A program made the translations under genes and the position numbers. Under the pieces are notes generated by a model that ran no database searches, had not been told where the DNA came from, and was given only the letters and a program-made list of their open reading frames with translations. Positions 37,439-45,744 of a stretch of 64,000 nt of DNA are shown piece by piece. Where the stretch lies: contig CATMOE010000006.1 of NCBI GenBank assembly GCA_950072105.1, positions 24,755-88,754 of the forward strand, given 5' to 3'. This DNA comes from an uncultured Dehalococcoidia bacterium (GTDB taxonomy: Bacteria > Chloroflexota > Dehalococcoidia > Lucifugimonadales > UBA3495). How positions within the stretch are numbered: the first letter of the stretch is position 1; every line of letters begins with the position of its first letter.

Positions 37439-38185
37439 ATGGCGACAGTTGTAAAAAGGGGCCTCGGGAGCAGGCTCGGAGACAACCTAATAATCAGTTT
37501 GTTCCGCCGGCTATTGGTCAGCGCGATTCTTGCTACACCTTTCTTGCTGTTCGGGGCGTACGGATTGTTGACACAAACCCAAGGTGTGGAATTTCTCCAA
37601 GGTTTCCAAGGCGTCGAAGGCGGCGAGGTGGCTACGATTCCCCTATGGGCCTCTGTCGTCATCCTGGTGGTCGGGGGAGCTCTCATGGCTATCGGCCTCT
37701 ATATGACTTTGGCAGGGGTAGCCCCTACCCCGCCTCTATCACCCGGGGAAAAAGAGTTAGTGATGCGCCACCCCACCATGAAGCCTGCCTACGCCAGGTT
37801 AATAGTAAGCATCCCTTTCTTCCTGGTTGCGGGCTTCATGGTGACAACAACGATGTTGCCGTACGTATATCCTTTTGTCTTGTTCTTGATAGGGTTGTAT
37901 TTCTTCTTCAAGGGAGCCATGCGGTACCTCCGCAACTTGCATATTACCTACACCGTCACTGACCGCAGGGTTGTACATATGTACAAATTCCTGTGGCTGG
38001 ACACCAAGGAAATTCCGGTGAGCCGAATCATCTCCATTTCAGAGGCCCGGAACTTCTTCGAAATCCTGACCGGACGAGGCAGCGTAGTGGTGGCCAGCGG
38101 TATCGGGAAGCGGCAGGTAATTCGTATCGAAGAAATTAATGACCCTGGGCCTGTTGCCGAAGCCCTTAGATCTCTACTGCCCTAA
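37439..38185 (+). CDS. Membrane protein with bacterial PH (bPH_2) domain
   Basis: 4 TMs, then YTVTDRRV...EIPVSRI...E.LTGRGSV; starts 3 bp after the upstream stop. Confidence 0.8.
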   Translation: MATVVKRGLGSRLGDNLIISLFRRLLVSAILATPFLLFGAYGLLTQTQGVEFLQGFQGVEGGEVATIPLWASVVILVVGGALMAIGLYMTLAGVAPTPPLSPGEKELVMRHPTMKPAYARLIVSIPFFLVAGFMVTTTMLPYVYPFVLFLIGLYFFFKGAMRYLRNLHITYTVTDRRVVHMYKFLWLDTKEIPVSRIISISEARNFFEILTGRGSVVVASGIGKRQVIRIEEINDPGPVAEALRSLLP

Positions 38186-38411
38186 TCTAGCACCTGAGCC
38201 GGGCCACGAATTGCAGATTTCCTCGCGGTGATCGCTCAGGTATGCGGTAAACGGCTGGCTTGTCCATCGGAATTTGATCAAACCGTCCGGGCCCGCCTTC
38301 CATAGGCTGGCCGATCGACGCCGGTTGTACCTGATTCCCGGCTTGTTGACAGAGCTTGAGCTGCGCCTTACAATCGGTCACACTTTTAGCCCTTGGCAGG
38401 TTTACGCTTTG

Positions 38412-39374
38412 ATGAGGCGGACCCAAGTCTGTAACATCCTCTCCATCGCCCACCCCATATTGCAAGCGGGGCTTCCTTGGGTATCCAACCCGGAATTGGT
38501 TGCCGCCGTGTCCAATGCGGGAGGCCTGGGCGTGCTTCACCCCACCGCCGGGCTGGACGTCGACGGCGACCTTGTCACCAACCTGCAAGCCAACATTCGC
38601 CGGGTACAGCGGCTAACTTCCAACTCTTTTGGCATCGCCTTGTATCTGCCCAATCCCAGGATTGAAGATATGATTGAGGCCGCCATTCAAGACGGGGTCC
38701 GCATCGCCATCACCTATGGGGGAAGCTCGGCCTTATATACGGGTACCCTGAAGGATCATGACATCGTGGTACTGCACCAAGTGTCCACGGTACGTCATGC
38801 GCGGGGCGCCGAAGCGCAGGGCGTGGACATTGTGATAGCCGAAGGATTTGAAGCCGGCGGCCTGCGGGGTCCAGACAAAGTGTCCACCATGGTCCTGGTG
38901 CCCCAAGTAGTAACATCGATCTCCATTCCCGTGATTGCCTCTGGGGGAGTGGTGGATGCTCGAGGGGTGGTGGCCGCCCGGGCTTTGGGCGCCCAGGGAG
39001 TGCAGATGGGCACACGTTTCGCCGCTACCCAAGAGTGCATCTCCCACCAAAACTTCAAAGAAGCGATCGTAGCGGCCATCGACAGCGGTACGGTCATCGT
39101 GGGTGGCGATCGTTGGCCCACCCGGATCCTTCGCAACGGCATGGCTCTGCGAATGAAAGAAGAAGGACTATCGGGACCCGATAACGACTTCGAGGCCTGG
39201 GAACATGAGTTGGGGATGGCCGTGGCCCGGGCGGCAATGCTTGACGGAAACCTGGAAGATGGGATCGCCTACACTGGGGCCGGAACCGGACTGATCTCCG
39301 AGATTAGCAACGTGGCCGCAGTTTTCAAGGAATTGGTAGACGGCGGTCAGGCCCTGGCCAAACAATTGGGATAA
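38412..39374 (+). CDS. Nitronate monooxygenase/FabK-like flavoprotein
   Basis: HPILQAG, LVAAVSNAGGLG, AEGFEAGG, IPVIASGG, GVQMGTRF. Confidence 0.85.
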   Translation: MRRTQVCNILSIAHPILQAGLPWVSNPELVAAVSNAGGLGVLHPTAGLDVDGDLVTNLQANIRRVQRLTSNSFGIALYLPNPRIEDMIEAAIQDGVRIAITYGGSSALYTGTLKDHDIVVLHQVSTVRHARGAEAQGVDIVIAEGFEAGGLRGPDKVSTMVLVPQVVTSISIPVIASGGVVDARGVVAARALGAQGVQMGTRFAATQECISHQNFKEAIVAAIDSGTVIVGGDRWPTRILRNGMALRMKEEGLSGPDNDFEAWEHELGMAVARAAMLDGNLEDGIAYTGAGTGLISEISNVAAVFKELVDGGQALAKQLG

Positions 39375-39386
39375 CCTAGCTTCAGA

Positions 39387-39424
39387 CTAAAGGCGAAATA
39401 CCCGGCTAAAGGCGAAATACCCGG
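39387..39424. repeat. 19-bp exact tandem duplication
   Basis: CTAAAGGCGAAATACCCGG x2 between convergent genes. Confidence 0.9.
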
Positions 39425-39447
39425 CGGCGCGCCTTTGCTATCGGGCC

Positions 39448-40695
39448 CTACGGAGGTCCGGAAACCTCTCGCTCCACCAGCTCTTCCGCGTGGCGCAATA
39501 TCTTTTCTTCCCTCTCTGGTTCCACTCCCCGGCTTTCCAGGTAAACACGCAACGCCTCCATCGGCTGAAGATCTTTGGCGGAATCGGCGTCCAAGCGCGT
39601 CCGGCGAGATTCTTGAGGCGTCTCACGGTTGATCGCCGCGATGTAGTGGGCCGCGCTAAGGGCCTCTCGAATGTCCGCATCCCTGAGCTGGGCTTCCACT
39701 TCCGCCGGCAACGTAATCCTAACCCGCACCACCGCGCCGGCAACGTCCTTCCGGGCGATGGCCCGGACCACGGCAGAGGTCGGATCCGGGTCGCCCATGG
39801 GCACGGTAACGTCTACCGTGACGAACCGCCGGGCATCGAGCCGCTGAAAGTTGAAATCGGCTAACCGTTTTCCTTGAGGCGCCGCCGGGTCGAGATCGAC
39901 TACGCAAAACCCCTTATCGTCGCCCTCCTCGGAAAAATCCACCCGTTGGAGGCTGCCGGAGTAGGCCATAAATGGGTTTTCTTTTCTCAAAATCTGGTGC
40001 TTATGGATGTGGCCCAGGGCCACGTAGTCCACCTGAGGCCGGCCGATGTCGCCGGCCAGCAACACATGGTCTTGGCCCAGCATCATGGATCGTTCAGTAC
40101 CCACGGTAGCCCCATTTACCGTCACATGCCCGGTCAATATGGCCGGAATCTCCGGGTCCAAGGCCTGGGCCCTGGCGTAGATCGCTTCGGTCATCCGGCT
40201 TTGGACCGCCTGCCGCACCTCTTCAATGGTCAGGCCCCGAGATTCTTCCCGGCTCAGTATCCCGCTGCGCCGGGGCCAGGGAACGGCCACGATCTGCAAC
40301 GGGCCGGACTTGGTTGGTATCGTGTAGTTCTGAAGGTTGCTTCCCACCTGCAGGTACGGCACTTGCAGGGTTTGGAAAATCTCCACCGCCGTGGCCCGGC
40401 TCACCGCATTGGGGAGATCGTGGTTGCCAACCAACAAGAAAGTGGGAATCTCCGCTTCCGACAGGCGGGCCAGGCGTTTGGCAAATTCCCGTTGATGAGT
40501 CTGGGAAGGGTCGCGGCCTTTATACGCGTCGCCGGCTAGAAGCACTAGATCAACGTCTTCCGTCAGGGCGTAATCCACCACTTCATCCAACGAGGACAAA
40601 AAGTCGGCCAACCGGGTTGACAAACCGGTCTCGGGGTCGGTCTGTCCGTAATTCTCGACACCGATGTGCAGGTCGGAGAAATGCAGAATACGCAT
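39448..40695 (-). CDS. sbcD: SbcD/Mre11 family metallophosphoesterase nuclease
   Basis: HFSDLH, AGD, GNHD, GH, YVALGHIH, YSGSLQRVDFSE. Confidence 0.92.
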   Translation of the reverse strand: MRILHFSDLHIGVENYGQTDPETGLSTRLADFLSSLDEVVDYALTEDVDLVLLAGDAYKGRDPSQTHQREFAKRLARLSEAEIPTFLLVGNHDLPNAVSRATAVEIFQTLQVPYLQVGSNLQNYTIPTKSGPLQIVAVPWPRRSGILSREESRGLTIEEVRQAVQSRMTEAIYARAQALDPEIPAILTGHVTVNGATVGTERSMMLGQDHVLLAGDIGRPQVDYVALGHIHKHQILRKENPFMAYSGSLQRVDFSEEGDDKGFCVVDLDPAAPQGKRLADFNFQRLDARRFVTVDVTVPMGDPDPTSAVVRAIARKDVAGAVVRVRITLPAEVEAQLRDADIREALSAAHYIAAINRETPQESRRTRLDADSAKDLQPMEALRVYLESRGVEPEREEKILRHAEELVEREVSGPP

Positions 40696-40882
40696 CGATC
40701 ACACCTGATTAAGTTGGGGAGACCGGCCTCTTCGCCAGGCTTCAAATATACAGGAACCGCCTCTTCATGGGAATTAAATCTGGAGGGACCCCAAAGTTGA
40801 CAACAATGGCGGCGGTTCCTAGAATCAAACTGAGACGAAAATTCTAAATATAAATTATCAGCAAACAGCAAGGCGAAAACAT

Positions 40883-41584
40883 ATGACTTCTCCGAAAGAA
40901 CTTTTCTCCCTTCAGGAACTGGACCTAGCTCTCGACCAGATCGACAGCAAGACAGCCAAGGCGGAAAAAGAGGTGAGCATAGGGGCAGCAATGGGGGGAT
41001 TGGAGGAGGCATTACAGAAAGAATCACAGAGCCTTGAGGAATTCCAATCGCTGATGAAAACTCGGCGCGTGGAAGCTGAAACCCAGCGAGAGCGGTCCAC
41101 TCACTTGGACGGACAACTTTACGGTGGTGAGGTAACCAGTCCATCGGCCTTGGAGAGTTTGGAGCAAGAAGCTGCTAACGTTCGAGCGCAGATGGAGAAA
41201 CTAGACCTCGAACTTACCGAGCTTTCATCGCGCACCGAGGAGTCTCAGAACAAGTGCACCGAGATGGAGCAGCGATTGTCGGAGAACCGCACCGCCTGGG
41301 AATCCCGCCAATCCGAACTAACTGAGTCGTTGAACCGGCTGTCATTGGAACGTAAGGACATCGCCAGTCAGAGGGGTGATCTGGTGGCCACCTTAGACCC
41401 AGCCGGAGTTCAGCATTACGAAAAACTTCGCAACGCCAAAGGCGGGCTGGCGGTGGCCAAGGTCTCAAGGGGCCTTTGTCAGGCGTGCCGCATGGCTCTG
41501 CCCACGCAACAACAACAAAGTGTGCGGAATGGCCGCCAGACCGTTCTGTGCAGCACCTGCGGCCGGATTCTTTTCCTTACCTAG
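40883..41584 (+). CDS. Coiled-coil + C4 zinc-ribbon protein (DUF164/CT398-like)
   Basis: LFSLQELD; long coil; YEKLR, CQAC...CSTCGRIL. Confidence 0.9.
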   Translation: MTSPKELFSLQELDLALDQIDSKTAKAEKEVSIGAAMGGLEEALQKESQSLEEFQSLMKTRRVEAETQRERSTHLDGQLYGGEVTSPSALESLEQEAANVRAQMEKLDLELTELSSRTEESQNKCTEMEQRLSENRTAWESRQSELTESLNRLSLERKDIASQRGDLVATLDPAGVQHYEKLRNAKGGLAVAKVSRGLCQACRMALPTQQQQSVRNGRQTVLCSTCGRILFLT

Positions 41585-41684
41585 CTTATTTTCCATAAAC
41601 CACCCTGTCTCCAATTACCCAAGTCCTTGATCCACCGGGGTCCGATTCACTGGGCACGCCCGCACGCCCGCTGGTGGCGTTTGC

Positions 41685-41714
41685 TTGACCCTCTGAAAAT
41701 TGGTGTGCTACAGT
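41685..41714 (+). promoter_or_regulatory. rnpB promoter
   Basis: TTGACC-N18-TACAGT with TG extension. Confidence 0.55.
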
Positions 41715-41720
41715 CGAGTT

Positions 41721-42158
41721 GGAGAGGGCAGGTATACTGGGTGGCCGCCGCCCCGTACTTCGTTGGAAGAATCGGGGGGGAGGAAAGTCCGGGCTCCACT
41801 GGGCAGGGTGCTGGGTAACTCCCAGGCTTCTAAGGCGGCATTGCTGCCGCCTTAGGGGACGGATAGTGGCACAGAAACATACCGTCCCGGTCCGCCGGGA
41901 TAAGGGTGAAATCGGACGGTAAGAGCGTCCGGCCGTCTGCGGTGACGCAGCGGCGGCTAAACCCCACCTGGAGCAAGGCCGAATAGGGGGACTATGGGCG
42001 CCCGGCCCGTCCCCGGGTTGGCTGCTTGACCCCGATGGCAACATCGTCCCGTTCGCGGGATCCCGGCGGCATCAAATGCCATCGGGAGGGCTAGATAGAT
42101 GACCACCGCCCCGCAAGGGGATACAGAACCCGGCTTACAGGTCTACCTGACCCTCCCC
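41721..42158 (+). ncRNA. rnpB: RNase P RNA, type A, with extended P9 and a P18 insertion
   Basis: GAGGAAAGTCCGGGCTCC, ACAGAAA, GGGTGAAA, GGTAAGAG, AAACCCCACCTGGAGCAAG, CTAGATAGATG, ACAGAACCCGGCTTA; terminal P1 pairing. Confidence 0.97.
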
Positions 42159-42316
42159 ACTCCACCTTCGACCCGTAACTAGGCGTCCTTCTCTCCGTCT
42201 AAACTCGGCGAAGCAGTTGATGAATCCACCGCCAACATTTATGATGGTGTCTGGGTCTAAACAGGCTCTGACGCCGTCTCTCAGACCCAGCTCAAATTAG
42301 GAGGAAACCACCGCCC

Positions 42317-42979
42317 GTGTACCTGGATATGCATAGCCACTCCGTTTCCTCGGACGACTCCCGGGCCACCGTGGAGCAGTATCTGAAGTGGATAGGGGTG
42401 CTGCGCAAGCGGGGCCACGTGGTGGACGGCATCGTCCTGACTGAGCACCGCAAGTTCGACTTCGACAAGGATTACTCGGCGCTGGCAAGCCAGTACGGCG
42501 TGGTGGTGCTCAAAGGATCTGAGTTGGACACCCGTTACGGCCACGTCCTGGTCTACGGAGTGACCGAGCCTCTGACTCGGGAGATAGACTTTTCAAACGT
42601 AGCCATGGACACCAGGGAACTGCTCAAGGCCGCCCGCCAGCACGATGCCTATGCCGTCCCAGCCCATCCCGGCCGCTTCGGCATCGGCTTGACCGAGTAC
42701 ATTCAGCAAGGGGAAACCTTTGACGACGTGCGGATCGTCGAACGGCTCAACGGCGGCAGCCGGAAAGGTGAGAACGAGCGGGCCTGGGAGTTGTGCGACA
42801 ACATGGGCTACCTGGGCGTTGGCGGCAGCGATGCCCACCTGACCAGCCACATCGGCACATGCCTCACCAAATTTCCAACCGACATAAGTACCGAAGCAGA
42901 GTTGGTCGAGGCCCTGCTGTCCGAGCAGTTTCAACCCGTTTGGCTTAAAGACGCTACAAATGGAACCACCGGGGAGTGA
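42317..42979 (+). CDS. PHP-domain metallo-hydrolase
   Basis: DMHSH, LTEH, E...GH, AHP, GGSDAH; AGGAGG RBS; upstream TTGATG-N17-TATGAT. Confidence 0.88.
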   Translation: MYLDMHSHSVSSDDSRATVEQYLKWIGVLRKRGHVVDGIVLTEHRKFDFDKDYSALASQYGVVVLKGSELDTRYGHVLVYGVTEPLTREIDFSNVAMDTRELLKAARQHDAYAVPAHPGRFGIGLTEYIQQGETFDDVRIVERLNGGSRKGENERAWELCDNMGYLGVGGSDAHLTSHIGTCLTKFPTDISTEAELVEALLSEQFQPVWLKDATNGTTGE

Positions 42980-43059
42980 ATCATAATTCCGGCCCGCATC
43001 GAGGACGCATCCGGCATCCCAGCACATTACTTGATAACAACGGTCATGGAGATTAGAAA

Positions 43060-43521
43060 ATGGCAACAGAGCTAGACTACGACCGCTCTCTGCACGACAA
43101 GGAGCACGAGGCAGGTCCCTTTGAGGTGACCGAATCTCAGATCCAGGCATTCAGCAGGGGTATCGCCGAAACCAACCCCATCTATACCGACCCAGCCGCA
43201 GCCAAGGCCCAGGGGTTCCGGGCCATCGTCGCGCCCCCTACCTTCTGCACCATCATGGTCCGCCAGGTGTCGCTGTCCGATATAAACCTCAAGTTCAACG
43301 GTGCTCCCATGGGCGGTGGCATGCATGCCGGACAACGGGTCCAGTCCCGGGCCCCCATCATGGCCGGAGATGCGCTGACGGCCTCTTCTCACCTGAAAGA
43401 TGTCTATGCTAAAACCGGCCGCAGCGGAACAATGGTCTTTATCGTTTGGGAGACTACCTTTCGGAACCAAGACGGTACTGTGGTGGCCGACGTTCAAGAG
43501 TCCTTCGTCCGCCGGGGGTAG
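43060..43521 (+). CDS. MaoC/FAS1-like hot-dog dehydratase (N-terminal type)
   Basis: I.AF..I.ETNPIY.D..AA, APPTF, MHAGQ, KTGRSG.MVF. Confidence 0.85.
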   Translation: MATELDYDRSLHDKEHEAGPFEVTESQIQAFSRGIAETNPIYTDPAAAKAQGFRAIVAPPTFCTIMVRQVSLSDINLKFNGAPMGGGMHAGQRVQSRAPIMAGDALTASSHLKDVYAKTGRSGTMVFIVWETTFRNQDGTVVADVQESFVRRG

Positions 43522-43582
43522 GGGTTCCCATCGAATCGGCCGGTTAACTTAACGAATGATTGAAGGTCCCTCAGGAGGAGTT

Positions 43583-44005
43583 TTGCCTTATTTTGAAGAC
43601 GTAGAACTCGGCGACGAGATCGGCCCGCTGCAGACGGAGGCGACCGACTACGGCGTGTTAGAGTTTTGCCAGGTATGGGACAATCGGGGTCCCAGCCGTT
43701 TCACCGACCAAGCGATGGCCGAGGAGTCCCGTCTTCCCGGTCCCATAGTTCCGGGCATCATGTCAATGGGCATCATGGCCCGTCTCCTGACCGATTGGGC
43801 CGGAACGGAAGCGCTGAAGGACCTGGACATTGTTTTCCGCCAGCCGGTCCCACACCACAAACCGCTGACGATCGCCGCCACGGTTACAGACACGCGCCAG
43901 GAGGACGGTGAGAACCTGGTGGAGTGCGACATATTGATGACCGGCGCTGAAGGCGAACGATACGTTGGCGGCAAGGCCATCGTCGTTCTTCCCAGCAAGC
44001 CCTAA
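43583..44005 (+). CDS. MaoC-like hot-dog dehydratase, second subunit
   Basis: TTG start after AGGAGG; YFEDVELGDE, LPGPIVPG, L.DWAG, FRQPV. Confidence 0.82.
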   Translation: MPYFEDVELGDEIGPLQTEATDYGVLEFCQVWDNRGPSRFTDQAMAEESRLPGPIVPGIMSMGIMARLLTDWAGTEALKDLDIVFRQPVPHHKPLTIAATVTDTRQEDGENLVECDILMTGAEGERYVGGKAIVVLPSKP

Positions 44006-44082
44006 CCGGCCAGATCTGCGGACCCGGTACCAATTTTTTTTGGCGCTTTGATCCAGCCGATCCGCGCTTCTTTATCCTCGGC

Positions 44083-44116
44083 TTCGACTATCCGCTAAGT
44101 TCGACTATCCGCTAAG
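44083..44116. repeat. 17-bp exact tandem duplication
   Basis: TTCGACTATCCGCTAAG x2, immediately before the GTG at 44120. Confidence 0.9.
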
Positions 44117-44119
44117 AAG

Positions 44120-45040
44120 GTGACCGACACGTTGGACAGCCTGCGCCAGGTGGCCTTCCTGGTCCGCGACCTTCCGGAAGCCGCCGAACTGTACCGAAAA
44201 ACCCTGAAAACTGCCCCTTGCCACACCGGCGAACTGCCTCAATATGGCCTGTCCAACATGGTATTGCCCGCCGGTCAGGGTACTTTCATCGAACTGCTGC
44301 AACCAACGTCCGCAAACTCCAATGCGGCCCGTTACCTAGAACGGCGGGGCGAGGCACCCTATATGTTGATCTTCGAGACGCGTAAATTCGATGAACTCGT
44401 CGTCCGTCTCAAGTCACTGGACGTTCGTATCACCGGGCAGACCGAAGAGGCCGGCCACCGTTCGGTCTTCATACATCCGGCTTCGGCCAACGGCGCTTTC
44501 CTGGAAATCATCGAGGTGAATGACTCCGGCAATCCTTGGCCCGCCGCGGGCCCCAACTGGTCCGACGAAGAAACCAAACCCTTGACTAAGCAGCTCCGCC
44601 AGTCAGCGATTCTGGTCCGGGACCTGGACCAGGCCACCCAACGCTGGGAGGAGATGTTCGGGCTCAAGACGACTCAACGGTTCGAAGTAAGCTTCACCGA
44701 TCTGGAGATCGCCGTCATCCCGCTGGAGGGACTGAACACCTTCATCGAGCTGGCCCAACCCACCAGCAGCGACACTACCTCGGCCCGCTTTCTAGAGCGG
44801 TACGGCGAGGGCATTTATCTGACCATTTATGAGATCGAAGACTCCCTGGCGATGGACTCTTACCTCCAAGGTCAGGGGGTCCAATTCACCTCTTCACGAG
44901 TGACCGCCAACTACACCAACCTGGGTTTCAACAGCATCTGGCTACATCCCAGGGCGATGAAAGGTGCGTTTACCCAGCTTTCCCAGGTCTTCCACCCAGA
45001 AAACCCCTGGCCCCCGGCCGGAGACACCTGGTACCGGTAG
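44120..45040 (+). CDS. Tandem VOC-domain protein (methylmalonyl-CoA epimerase-like duplication)
   Basis: Two internal repeats LRQ.A.LVRDL...TFIEL.QPTS....AR.LER.GE..Y. Confidence 0.8.
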   Translation: MTDTLDSLRQVAFLVRDLPEAAELYRKTLKTAPCHTGELPQYGLSNMVLPAGQGTFIELLQPTSANSNAARYLERRGEAPYMLIFETRKFDELVVRLKSLDVRITGQTEEAGHRSVFIHPASANGAFLEIIEVNDSGNPWPAAGPNWSDEETKPLTKQLRQSAILVRDLDQATQRWEEMFGLKTTQRFEVSFTDLEIAVIPLEGLNTFIELAQPTSSDTTSARFLERYGEGIYLTIYEIEDSLAMDSYLQGQGVQFTSSRVTANYTNLGFNSIWLHPRAMKGAFTQLSQVFHPENPWPPAGDTWYR

Positions 45041-45060
45041 GCGGAGTAAGCGCGCTAGCC

Positions 45061-45139
45061 GTCTCACCGGCGAAAGCCGGTGTCCAGGAAAGTTGATATT
45101 GCTAATGTTCGATGGATCCCGGCCTGCGCCGGGATGACG
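45061..45139. repeat. REP-like family C (dRS3-like) inverted doublet
   Basis: CACCGGC-GAAA-GCCGGTG-TCCA ... TGGATCCCGGC-CTGC-GCCGGGATGAC. Confidence 0.7.
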
Positions 45140-45213
45140 AAAGCCTAGACAATGCATCGGGTTATGCCTCCCCGAGTTGACCCCGGTAACCGCCCATGAT
45201 AGTGTATAAATAT

Positions 45214-45234
45214 TAACGAGACTAGGTATCATTA
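45214..45234. promoter_or_regulatory. Putative Zur box upstream of zur (autoregulation)
   Basis: TAACGAGACTAGGTATCATTA; same 21-bp architecture as the box at 45695. Confidence 0.55.
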
Positions 45235-45269
45235 TAGTTAGATCAAGAGTAATCCCCTTAGCAGAGCAA

Positions 45270-45677
45270 TTGCTGGACACCCTGGGCGAGCAGGGCTACC
45301 GGTCGACGTCGCCGCGGAAAGCGGTCACCCAAGCTATCGCCGCAAAGCAGGGACATTTCACCGCCGAGCAGCTCCGCCAACAGTTGCCCGGAGTGGGTAG
45401 AGCGACAATCTACCGGTCGCTAAAGCTCCTCGTTGACTCCGGCGCCCTTTGCCGGGTGCTTTTGGAAGACGGCAACCTGCATTACCAGTTAAGCCATCAG
45501 GGGCATCATCACCACCTGCTTTGCGTCGAATGCGGGTCATCTCAAGACCTGCTAGGTTGCGACATTGAAGACCTGCTCCACCAAGTGTCGGCAGCCCACC
45601 GATTCCAGCTAAGTGGCCACTGGCTGGAAGTTTACGGTAGGTGTTACGACTGCCTGACCAAGGCTGCCACGGGGTAG
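45270..45677 (+). CDS. zur: Fur-family regulator, probably Zur (start uncertain)
   Basis: HFTAE, ATIYRSL, HHHHLLCVEC, YGRCYDC; directly upstream of a Zn ABC transporter. Confidence 0.85.
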   Translation: MLDTLGEQGYRSTSPRKAVTQAIAAKQGHFTAEQLRQQLPGVGRATIYRSLKLLVDSGALCRVLLEDGNLHYQLSHQGHHHHLLCVECGSSQDLLGCDIEDLLHQVSAAHRFQLSGHWLEVYGRCYDCLTKAATG

Positions 45678-45694
45678 TCTCTTTTTTTGGCCCA

Positions 45695-45744
45695 TATTGA
45701 TACTATATCTCAATAAGGAATCTAATTGATACCAGGTATTGATA
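45695..45744. promoter_or_regulatory. Two putative Zur boxes upstream of or overlapping the znuA start
   Basis: TATTGATACTATATCTCAATA (45695-45715) and AATTGATACCAGGTATTGATA (45724-45744). Confidence 0.65.

Noticed and set aside
42243..42288. Fluoride riboswitch-like GATGGTGTC...AAAC...TGACGCC
   Set aside because: P1 and GCTrATG are absent, the 5' part overlaps the predicted -10, and the downstream gene is unrelated to fluoride
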